Source: an uncultured delta proteobacterium (GTDB lineage: Bacteria; Desulfobacterota; Desulfobacteria; Desulfobacterales; B30-G6). From it: a DNA stretch of 64,000 bases. The DNA lies in contig CAWGLD010000005.1 of NCBI GenBank assembly GCA_963823335.1, positions 192,001 through 256,000 of the forward strand, written 5' to 3'. Every line of letters begins with the position of its first letter. The first letter of the stretch is position 1. Under the pieces are notes generated by a model, which was given only the letters and a program-made list of their open reading frames with translations, was not told the origin of the DNA and searched no databases. Position numbers and translations under genes: made by a program. Below, piece by piece: positions 32,035-40,317 of this stretch.

Positions 32035-32110
32035 ATTGAAGAAACTCGCAGCAAGCTACGAGGAATGTTCTGCCGTGCGGCAGAACCTACGGGGAATACG
32101 CTCGCTGTTA
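32035..32110. repeat. REP-like repeat family A copy 4 (reverse orientation)
   Basis: Reverse complement reads ACAGCGAGCGTATTCCCCGTAG...CTCGTAGCTTGCTGCGAGTTTCTTCAAT, matching both ends of 10807-10915. Confidence 0.75.
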
Positions 32111-32345
32111 CAAGGAGCCCTAATTGGCTCAAACAGCGCAAATCGCCATCGAATCACCCATTTCGCTCTATCTATGGTGAAAACCGAAAGTTGAGTTAAT
32201 AAAAATAGCGACAACGTCGCGTTTGATAAATTTATGAAATAAATTTATTTTGACATCCAGTGGTCTCTTTGTTAGAATTTACATATCCATAATGAAAACA
32301 CTCACATTTTCTAAACCTGACGGCAGCGCAATTAAGGGGGTCGAT

Positions 32346-33101
32346 ATGTTTAAAAATTGGATGCTATTGGGTGTGACCTTGTGCTTTGTGTTTGCAGCAA
32401 TGCCCTCAGTCGCCGTTGATCTGGGTATCCGAGGATACTACTGGATGCCGGGTCTGGATGGGGAGATCAACTACGATTCCGGGACAAATCTCGATCTGGA
32501 AGATGATCTAGGGATGGATACGGAATCATACCCTTTGGTTGACATCTTCGCCGGTTTTGGCGACCATCATCTGCTGTTTACCTATTACAAAGCCGACTAC
32601 AGTGGCAGTGAAAAGCTGAAGGATCAAATCGAGTTTGGTGGCAGCACCTACCCGGTTGGTGCCGATGTGAACAGCGAACTCAAATACACGGTCATGGACT
32701 TTGCCTACCAGTGGGATGCCATCGATCTTGACAATTTTTTGGCCGGCGCTTCTCTGGGACTCGTGGGGAAGGTGAAGTATCTCGATATCACCTCCGCCAA
32801 GGTGGAAGAGAAGGGCGGTGAGAGCGAAGAGGTTGATGTTGCAGGCCCGATCCCCATGGTTGGCGCCAATTTACACGTCGGCATTCTGGCAGACCTCATT
32901 GAGGCACGATTCCAGGTGACCGGTATGGGTTACAGCGGCAACAGCGTGGTGGAATTTTTTGGGGACGTCTCCTACACCCCGTTTCCATTTGTGGGCATCC
33001 ATGCCGGATACCGCAGCTTTGCCCTTAATGTGGATGTGGATGACCTGGACGCCAACTTCACCACGGCCGGACCCTACGGAGCAATCACGATAGGTTTTTA
33101 A
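32346..33101 (+). CDS. Outer-membrane beta-barrel protein (TIGR04219-like)
   Basis: Signal peptide, alternating beta-strand pattern, PIPM, GPY, terminal Phe. Confidence 0.7.
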   Translation: MFKNWMLLGVTLCFVFAAMPSVAVDLGIRGYYWMPGLDGEINYDSGTNLDLEDDLGMDTESYPLVDIFAGFGDHHLLFTYYKADYSGSEKLKDQIEFGGSTYPVGADVNSELKYTVMDFAYQWDAIDLDNFLAGASLGLVGKVKYLDITSAKVEEKGGESEEVDVAGPIPMVGANLHVGILADLIEARFQVTGMGYSGNSVVEFFGDVSYTPFPFVGIHAGYRSFALNVDVDDLDANFTTAGPYGAITIGF

Positions 33102-33233
33102 AAACAGTTTCAACACTTTCCTGGGACACAATGACTCAGTTTGGGTGAAACATTCAATCCTCGTGCACTTGTATGGATATTTATCCAACTGACCCATCAG
33201 ATTTTTCCAAAATTCAAGATCTCCTTGACATTT

Positions 33234-33405
33234 TAGAAGCCATCTCAAAAAAAGGGTTTTGGCTCAAGTTCAAGGCGGGCCCGAACTTCAACCCGCAGGT
33301 GCCCGCAGGAAATGCCCTTGGGGTGCATACTCAAGTATTCCGAGGAGTTGAAGCAAGGGACCAACACAGAAATTGGGCTAAAAAACTTTTTTGAGATAGC
33401 TTCTA
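33234..33405. mobile_element. Putative MITE, copy 2 (inverted relative to 23908)
   Basis: TIRs TAGAAGCCATCTCAAAAA / TTTTTGAGATAGCTTCTA; interior GCATACTCAAGTAT..GAGG..TTGAA..CCAACACAG matches copy 1. Confidence 0.75.
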
Positions 33406-33584
33406 GTCGTTTTGCACCGTAACAGCAATCTCGTTTCCTGCGAAGAACCGTGGGAAATGTGTGCGTTATCGCGGTTCAATACGGCCGGAAACCATTTTTA
33501 AAATTATAGAACTGTCTTGGAAAGAAGGAAACGAGAGATTCGCAACCGATGCGGTATCGTTCAAGCCGGCAGCGTACATATGAT

Positions 33585-34373
33585 ATGAAAAAGCAGGATA
33601 ATGGCAAAAATTCAAGCCGGCTGATTTCCCTGGCCGCTTCCATAACTGAAACCCTTTTCGCTTTGGGCTTAGACGACCGAGTGGTTGGCGTAACGGATAC
33701 CTGCGATTACCCTCCCAAAGTTTCGGATCTGCCGAACATCGGCTGCTGGTTCGAACCAAACTTGGAGACGCTTTACAGCCTAAAGCCGGACCTGGTCATT
33801 GGTTTGGAGACCGCCCATAGCGAATTGGCTGTACCGCTGAAACAAGCCGGTATCGGATTGAAGCTGATCAACCCGACAACCGTAGACCAGGCGATTGGAG
33901 TAATCGCCGAACTTGGAAGTTTTCTGGGGGCTGGCGAGGCAGAAATAATAGTGGATAGATTGAACACAAGGCTTAAGGCTTTGGACAACTCTGTTGCCAA
34001 AATACGTCGCTGTGACAGATTAACAACCTGCCGGATTCTTGAATTTGACGCAGGAGAGGTTTACGTGGCCGGCCCTTTGTCTTTCCAATACGACATTATC
34101 AGGCGGGCGGGTGGGATCAATGTCACCTCGGCACTGGTTGAGGCCTACCCGCGTATACTCCTGGAACAGCTTGTCGAACTTGACCCGAGTTTTATTTTTT
34201 ACTGCGGGTACAACCTGGATTACTTGGATAAAATGATGGGGAATCCGACCTGGCGTTCGATGCGTGCTGTTGAAACAGGTCGGGTTTATCGCTTTCCCTG
34301 CGAGTTGACCTGCCGTTTTGGACCCCGTATTGTGGATATGACCGAATTGCTTTATCAAAGATTGTATATCTGA
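33585..34373 (+). CDS. BtuF-like cobalamin/helical-backbone metal-binding protein (no obvious signal peptide)
   Basis: RLISLAASITETLFALG, VVGVTDTCDYP, LKPDLV, RFGPRI. Confidence 0.8.
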   Translation: MKKQDNGKNSSRLISLAASITETLFALGLDDRVVGVTDTCDYPPKVSDLPNIGCWFEPNLETLYSLKPDLVIGLETAHSELAVPLKQAGIGLKLINPTTVDQAIGVIAELGSFLGAGEAEIIVDRLNTRLKALDNSVAKIRRCDRLTTCRILEFDAGEVYVAGPLSFQYDIIRRAGGINVTSALVEAYPRILLEQLVELDPSFIFYCGYNLDYLDKMMGNPTWRSMRAVETGRVYRFPCELTCRFGPRIVDMTELLYQRLYI

Positions 34374-34476
34374 AACTGAACCTATTTGGTGTTACCCGAC
34401 AACCCGGATAGTCGTTTATACTTTGATCTGCCAGGCTAAAAAGGGAATATTAGGAAATATACACAAGGAGGGTATT

Positions 34477-34842
34477 ATGACAAAACTCACTGACGAAGCT
34501 AAAAAGGCTATTGGCGAAATTCGCCCATCGTTGGTTGCTACGGCAAGCAGGACAGGAAAACCAAATGTCTCCGCTAAAGGGTCGTTTCGTGTTCTGGATG
34601 ATGAAAACGTTATATTTGCAGACATAGCGTCTCCCCGAACTGTCGCCAACATCAGGGAGAATCCCCAGGTGGCCATTATCTGCTTGGACGCTGCGACGCG
34701 AAAGAGCTGCCGGATTTGGGGGAAGGGCAGTATCCTCACCTCAGGCGAACTCTTCCAACAATTAGCCGCTGAATATGCCAAGAAGAACATGGAAGTGAAA
34801 AATGTGGTAAAAGTGGCTGTGGAGGAGGTTGAGACCTTTTAA
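34477..34842 (+). CDS. Pyridoxamine 5'-phosphate oxidase-family FMN-binding protein
   Basis: VATASRTGKPNVSAKGS, TVANIRENP. Confidence 0.85.
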   Translation: MTKLTDEAKKAIGEIRPSLVATASRTGKPNVSAKGSFRVLDDENVIFADIASPRTVANIRENPQVAIICLDAATRKSCRIWGKGSILTSGELFQQLAAEYAKKNMEVKNVVKVAVEEVETF

Positions 34843-35649
34843 ATGGCCAGACTGGGGATAATTGCCTGCCAAATCCTTGAGCTTGAGTTAGCCCATCTGC
34901 TTGTCAATGACATCGAGGTATTCGGTATTACCGTACTTGATAACGGTTTTGGCGATGGATTTTTTCGAGCGCTGAAACAGAAAGGGGAGAAAGCACTCAG
35001 GCTCACCGGAGACACGGGGAAGTATCTATCGCTCGAACCAGATCAGCTTGAGGTTGTTGTTCAGATCATGGAGTTAGGCCTGCACACGGTAATCAGAGCC
35101 CTCCGAACAACTGTGATCGATGCAGTGTCGGAGATGAGCACGCACGTGGATGCAATAGTGCTCGGGTATGGTCTGTGTGGGAATGCGCTCGACAATCACC
35201 AAGAGATCATCAGGGATATCGATATCCCCCTATTCATGCCCATGGATGAGGATCATACTGTGGACGACTGTGTCGGGCTTATCATTGGCGGACGCAAGGC
35301 TTATTATGAAGAGCAGTGCAAAATTGCCGGCACTTTTTTTATGAATGCCGGTTTTTCCCGTCATTGGAAGGACCTTTTACAGAAAGCGAATGCGGTTAAG
35401 TTTGATGAGGCGATGTCCAAGCGTATCATGGCGGGATATGAGAGAAGTCTTTTGCTGATCACGCCGGTTCTTTCCGAAGAGGAGATGGCTGCCAACATAG
35501 AAGATTTCAATCAAACATATGGACTGCGGACCGAGGTTCGTAAGGGAACGCTGGAGATTCTCGAGAGAACGTTGGTCAGGGGAAAGAATTTCGTATTGAA
35601 AAAAGGCGATAACCAGCATACTGATCGCGAAAAAAGAGCGAAAACTTAG
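34843..35649 (+). CDS. DUF1638 domain protein
   Basis: IIACQIL, LGLH, LGYGLCGN, DDCVGLIIGG. Confidence 0.8.
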   Translation: MARLGIIACQILELELAHLLVNDIEVFGITVLDNGFGDGFFRALKQKGEKALRLTGDTGKYLSLEPDQLEVVVQIMELGLHTVIRALRTTVIDAVSEMSTHVDAIVLGYGLCGNALDNHQEIIRDIDIPLFMPMDEDHTVDDCVGLIIGGRKAYYEEQCKIAGTFFMNAGFSRHWKDLLQKANAVKFDEAMSKRIMAGYERSLLLITPVLSEEEMAANIEDFNQTYGLRTEVRKGTLEILERTLVRGKNFVLKKGDNQHTDREKRAKT

Positions 35650-35829
35650 ATTGATCCGCAACAGCGAGCGCTTTTGCGCTGATTGTTCTACAAACCGGGT
35701 GCTGAGCACGCGTTTCTTCAATTTGCTTATTGCCCTCGCGAATAAGCGACAACGTCACAGCCTATAAAATCGATTCTATAATTTTATCCGCCCTCGCAGA
35801 ACCCCACGGGCTTGCCCGTGAGGTCCCAT

Positions 35830-36180
35830 TTAAAAATTAAAAACCTTTCCCTCAGCAATCAAATCGATTAGGTGAGGTGCGCCGTCCAGCAGCATATTGG
35901 AAAAAAACTTGGCCTCGTCCACCTGACGAGCGTTTGCGCACGGCGGTCAGACACCTATGGGAACTTCATTTTCGACCAAATAGGGTAAGTAATCATCGGG
36001 GCAGTCACCGGTAACGCTCTTTTCTTTGAAGTCGCGGGTGTTATCGGCCCACTTGACGCCATCCTCGATCAGGAAGATATTTACATTGTGCCCCTTTTCA
36101 TGGGTAAATTTTGCGAATTGAAAACATCTTGTGGCCAGATTGACATCATTCTTGCTGAGCGTGTATACAAAATTTGCCAT
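35830..36180 (-). CDS. DsrE-family selenoprotein (116 aa, UxxC: V-U-P-P-C)
   Basis: IFLIEDGV DsrE motif; in-frame TGA at 35949-35947 followed by PPCANARQV...GKVFNF*, completing the fold; SECIS-like hairpin. Confidence 0.9.
35914..35930 (-). promoter_or_regulatory. Bacterial SECIS-like hairpin for the DsrE UGA
   Basis: mRNA CUCGUC-AGGUG-GACGAG; loop starts 23 nt after UGA. Confidence 0.75.
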
Positions 36181-36265
36181 TCCACACCTCCTCTAATGAG
36201 ATATATTCGGTTCCATCGTTTTGGCCCTTTATCCTGTTTCCGGGAGCTAACATCCCTAGCAAGGT

Positions 36266-36778
36266 TCAAAGTTTCTGTTGACGGATCCCTGAGTAAACAG
36301 CTTTGCAGATTTCCGAAATACCTCCCTTTAGACCATCAGGGTTTTTGAATCCCTCGGTTCTTTTCAGGCTTTCAATATAGCCCTCTGCGGTTAAAAAAGA
36401 TTTGAGTCCATGCTCATCCGGCTCATCCGGTTTGATTTGGAACACCCAGCCCTCACCATATGGATCCCGTGATATGAGGGGCACATTCAGTTTTGAACTG
36501 TGGTTGAAATGGATGTGTCCGGAAAGAGGGGCATCAATATATTGGATTTTTCCGGTGATGCAAAAAATGACTGTTTGGCCCCTGGGGACGTGTTGCCCAT
36601 CCGATACAAGCCAGTCCAGATCGTTGATGCCCCCGGCCAGAACCAGGGAGGGTTCCGTGAGCCCGAAGACGATGAATTCTTGATTCGATTTGGCCCATAA
36701 TCCCTGCTTCCCAAAATAGCCTCGATCGCCCGGGACGCTTACACGTTTTCCCAAAAATTTTTCAATGACAGCCATCAA
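36266..36778 (-). CDS. Glycine cleavage H-like protein (divergent)
   Basis: FGLT, APLSGHI, DPYGEGWVFQIK, LTAEGY; C-terminal extension with Cys. Confidence 0.7.
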   Translation of the reverse strand: MMAVIEKFLGKRVSVPGDRGYFGKQGLWAKSNQEFIVFGLTEPSLVLAGGINDLDWLVSDGQHVPRGQTVIFCITGKIQYIDAPLSGHIHFNHSSKLNVPLISRDPYGEGWVFQIKPDEPDEHGLKSFLTAEGYIESLKRTEGFKNPDGLKGGISEICKAVYSGIRQQKL

Positions 36779-37010
36779 ATCCTCCTAAACCCATGACACT
36801 AAAATCTTTCATGGTGCTAGTTGATCATTAATGTCCTGTGTTGTTATCAGAAGATTATGTGTTGTAGAAAATCGTTTTACAAGCATTATTTTATAGTAAG
36901 AAGGAAGAAACCTCGAAACTGAAAATGCCACGAAAAGAGTATTGATATCTTGAAAAGACCATTGTAACAATACGCATCTTATTTTCATTGTGGCTGAAGG
37001 TGTTTTCAGG

Positions 37011-37961
37011 ATGAGTAAAATCCGGCGATATATTTATCAAACCCAGGGTGTCTGTCCCCCGGAAATTCATTTCCAGGTAAAGGACGCCATTCTTGAAAGT
37101 GTTCGTTTTGTTGGTGGAGGTTGCCCAGGGAATGCCCAACTTGTAGCGCGTCTGCTGGAGAGGAGGCCTATTGCCGAGGTGTTGCCGATCCTAAACGGGA
37201 TCGAGTGCAGCAAAGGAACATCATGCCCGGACCAGTTGTCAGAGGCAATAAGAAGGATGCAGCGCGGAGATCTCCGGCCGACTTCTTCCTTTCGTGTGGA
37301 GCAAGACTTGTCCTCAGAAAAAATGATCGGTCTCATCGGTGACCTAAACGGTGATCACCGGGTACTGCAACAGTTGATCGGATCAATGGCGGCATGTGGC
37401 GTTGAAGCGATTTTTTGCGCCGGTAACCTGACCGGTCCGGAAAAGGCAGATCGAAAGCTGATCAAGGAGATCGACGAAAAGGGTCTTCGGGCCATTACGG
37501 GAGACAGGGACTGGACGTATGCATGTGAAATGGAAGCGGCGAAGTTTCCGTTCATAGACAATAAAACTAGGGATTTTCTCGTCCGCCTACCTCAGGTGAT
37601 CAGCTTTCGCATAGGGGACAGAAATGGCGTGTTGTTTTTCGGCGATTATCTCCAAAGCATGTCGGGATATTCTGATTTTGAACCGTACGCACTGGAAATC
37701 AATATGGTTTGCGGCTTAACGGATTTCATGCGGGACGAAAGCGTATTCCCGGCACTGGAGGCCATGACCCCGCAGTTTCGAGCGGATATCATCGTATTCA
37801 GCCAAACCGGAAGATGGGGACATTGGCACGTGGCTGGCAAAGATTTTATCGGTCTGGGGCCCGCTGTCGGTATGGACGGCATGGCATGGGCGAGCCTGGA
37901 AATCAAATCCGGGGAGTTGAAATTTTCTAAAATAGTCACCAGTAACGCAGGCGGAGTCTAA
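37011..37961 (+). CDS. TSCPD-domain (TIGR03905-like) protein fused to a degenerate calcineurin-like phosphoesterase
   Basis: GVCPPEI, GGCPGN, TSCPDQL; then IGDLNG / AGNL / TGDRD resembling metallophosphoesterase motifs. Confidence 0.75.
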   Translation: MSKIRRYIYQTQGVCPPEIHFQVKDAILESVRFVGGGCPGNAQLVARLLERRPIAEVLPILNGIECSKGTSCPDQLSEAIRRMQRGDLRPTSSFRVEQDLSSEKMIGLIGDLNGDHRVLQQLIGSMAACGVEAIFCAGNLTGPEKADRKLIKEIDEKGLRAITGDRDWTYACEMEAAKFPFIDNKTRDFLVRLPQVISFRIGDRNGVLFFGDYLQSMSGYSDFEPYALEINMVCGLTDFMRDESVFPALEAMTPQFRADIIVFSQTGRWGHWHVAGKDFIGLGPAVGMDGMAWASLEIKSGELKFSKIVTSNAGGV

Positions 37962-37962
37962 T

Positions 37963-38271
37963 ATGGTAGAACTTGTTCTTGTTGATGTGCTGCTAACCGA
38001 TTTCAATCAATGAATCGCCTGTGTCTATATGGCAGAATCGGTAAAGGTTTTACCGGAAGATATCAAGGCGATTATCGACGTTTATGAGTGGGATATGCGT
38101 ACACGTGAGGGTGTACAGCGCTTTAAAGAACTGAAAGCCAAATCCTTGCCGAGTGTCGCCCTGGACGGGAAACTGGTCTGGGAGTCCATTATTCCCATGC
38201 AGGAAGAAATCATTGCCAAAATTCAGGATCTTTACCGCCAAAAGAGTCAAGGAGTTTTAGATGCATCTTGA
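37963..38271 (+). CDS. Thioredoxin-fold selenoprotein (U-I-A-C-V-Y-M)
   Basis: ATG 37963 MVELVLVDVLLTDFNQ-TGA(38011)-IACVYM runs in frame into ORF 38029; aligns with paralog 53079 (DVLTLDSVQCAACGYM). Confidence 0.88.
38039..38055 (+). promoter_or_regulatory. SECIS-like hairpin
   Basis: CGGUAAA-GGU-UUUACCG; loop 32 nt after UGA. Confidence 0.7.
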
Positions 38272-39241
38272 AGATGTGAATATAGAGGGGTTTAAATCAT
38301 TTTCCGAAGAAACCAACATGAGCTTCCAGCCGGGAATTGGTGTGATTATCGGCAATAACGGTGTGGGGAAGTCAAACATTCTGGACGCGATCGTGTGGGC
38401 GATGGGGGACAATGATCTGAATCGTATTCGCTGTTATGAGCAGGATGAGCTGTTTTTTGCAGGGAGTAAAGATTATCCGCCGGCATCAAGTATACGTGTA
38501 GAACTGAACCTGAAAGAGAGTCAGGAAAAGGACGCTGTTGGAATCAGGTTGGCGCGCGAAATGAACAAAGAGGGCCGTAATCGGTATTATATACAGGAAA
38601 AATCGTGTGATTGGGGCCTGTACAAACAGAATATTGATCGATACCATCTGGCTCATGCACTGAAAACAATTATTCGTCAGGAACACATCAACGACCTGCT
38701 TCGGCTAGATCCCCTGGAACGGGTTCAGTCGATTGGTGAACTGTTAGACAAGAAAGAGGACAATGAGGTGATTGTCCATTTACAGCAGAAAGTCGATCCC
38801 ATTTTCAAACGGTATATGTCCTATCTCATGCCCTCGGCCCATGTGGCCCTTCTCACACCGGAGTTTGACGGGAAGTTTGGAATGGATGTTGAAGTGATGC
38901 TGTCCGGCAACCGCGTGCGTCGTGTGCACCAGCTTTCAGGTGGTGAAAAAGCCGTAACCAGCCTGGCAATTAAGCTGGCCCTGTTTCGCGGGCTTGAAAG
39001 CCCCTTTTATCTGCTCGATGAAGTGGAACCCTCCCTTGACTACACCAACCACAAGTCCATGCAGGCTTTTTTAAAGGACGTTGCTTCCGAGAAACAACTG
39101 ATTATGATTACCCACCTACGCAGCACCATGGAGTTGGCCAACACACTTCACGGGGTACGCACCCGCTGGGACGGATCTTCATTCATGAAGTTCTATTTTG
39201 TTATGGAAGAAAGACTTTTAAGACTCTACAAGTGTTGCTAG
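38261..39241 (+). CDS. Short SMC-family ABC ATPase (head domains only), C-terminal CC
   Basis: GFKSF, GNNGVGKSN, LSGGEK, LLDEVE, ITH; only 326 aa, no long coiled coil or hinge. Confidence 0.8.
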   Translation: MHLEDVNIEGFKSFSEETNMSFQPGIGVIIGNNGVGKSNILDAIVWAMGDNDLNRIRCYEQDELFFAGSKDYPPASSIRVELNLKESQEKDAVGIRLAREMNKEGRNRYYIQEKSCDWGLYKQNIDRYHLAHALKTIIRQEHINDLLRLDPLERVQSIGELLDKKEDNEVIVHLQQKVDPIFKRYMSYLMPSAHVALLTPEFDGKFGMDVEVMLSGNRVRRVHQLSGGEKAVTSLAIKLALFRGLESPFYLLDEVEPSLDYTNHKSMQAFLKDVASEKQLIMITHLRSTMELANTLHGVRTRWDGSSFMKFYFVMEERLLRLYKCC

Positions 39242-39361
39242 CCCGGAAACACCACGAACCTGATTGGCCCTGGTGCTAGGTATTTCAGCTAAAGGCAACC
39301 AAAGCATTCCTCGTCAAGTTTTACAAAATAGTCGGGCTAAGCCTGTTTAAAGGGGCACGCT

Positions 39362-40300
39362 ATGCTAACGGAAAAAATCCTCAAGGGGGATATAAAAGCT
39401 GCTGCGCGGTTGATGCGGGATATTGAAGACGACATTCCGGAAACGCACCATGAGCTCAAGCGCTTGTTAGCACATACCGGAGGCGCCCACATCATCGGTC
39501 TGACCGGTGCACCTGGCACAGGCAAATCCACGTTGATAGACAGCATGATCCACCTTCTGCGGAAGGAGGGAAAAAGCGTCGGTATTTTGGCCATCGATCC
39601 CACAAGCCCTTTGTCCGGCGGGGCCATCCTGGGCGATCGTGTGCGCATGCAAAGACATGCCGAGGATAAAAGCGTGTTCATCAAGAGTATTGCCACCCGG
39701 GGTCAATTAGGTGGCCTCGCGCGATCTGCCTTTGGTATCGTTTCGGTCCTGGATGCCATGGGCAAGGATGTAATCCTTGTCGAAACCGTTGGTGTCGGCC
39801 AGGATGAAGTGGATGTCATGCGCCTGGCCCACACCACAATCGTGGTTGTCACGTCGGAAATGGGTGACGGTATTCAGGCTATAAAATCCGGCATATTGGA
39901 GATTGGCGATATCTTTGTTCTCAACAAGGCCGACCAGATGGGCTCGGATACAACACCGAATAAAATCAAGATGATGCTCAACATGCGACAACTCCGGAAA
40001 GGTGCCTGGAATCCTCCGGTTGTGCAGACCATTGCTATTCGTGGTCAAGGTGTCGATGAGCTGCTGCGGCAGGCGCAAAAGCATCTTGTTTTATTAAAGA
40101 CCCAAGGACTGGATCAATTCCGAAAACAAAAGGCGCTTGCCGAACTCACGACCCACTTAAAAACTATTCTGGTTGAGCGTGCCTTATCGACCTTGGAACT
40201 CAAAAATGAGTGGCAAACGATAATTGACGGTATCGTCAAGGGTGAAATCGATCCCTGCAGTGCCGCAGAAGAACTTGTATCTGAACTATTGAAAAAATAA
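39362..40300 (+). CDS. meaB: MeaB/ArgK-family GTPase metallochaperone
   Basis: GAPGTGKST, DPTSPLSGGAILGDRVRM, ETVGVGQ, NKAD. Confidence 0.9.
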   Translation: MLTEKILKGDIKAAARLMRDIEDDIPETHHELKRLLAHTGGAHIIGLTGAPGTGKSTLIDSMIHLLRKEGKSVGILAIDPTSPLSGGAILGDRVRMQRHAEDKSVFIKSIATRGQLGGLARSAFGIVSVLDAMGKDVILVETVGVGQDEVDVMRLAHTTIVVVTSEMGDGIQAIKSGILEIGDIFVLNKADQMGSDTTPNKIKMMLNMRQLRKGAWNPPVVQTIAIRGQGVDELLRQAQKHLVLLKTQGLDQFRKQKALAELTTHLKTILVERALSTLELKNEWQTIIDGIVKGEIDPCSAAEELVSELLKK

Positions 40301-40317
40301 GGGACGATTTACGGAGA

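Noticed and set aside
23402-33405. Repeats as a CRISPR array or integron attC sites
   Set aside because: No regular repeat-spacer periodicity, and no cas or integrase genes in the window.
33410-33585. Cobalamin riboswitch upstream of the BtuF-like gene
   Set aside because: An inverted repeat exists (AATCTCGTTTCCT / AGGAAACGAG) but I could not find the B12-box or other conserved riboswitch elements; an Rfam scan would settle it.
38261-39241. SMC-like ATPase as a Wadjet, SbcCD or other defence system
   Set aside because: No kleisin/KITE or intact nuclease partner, too short for a functional SMC arm, and the context is metabolic.
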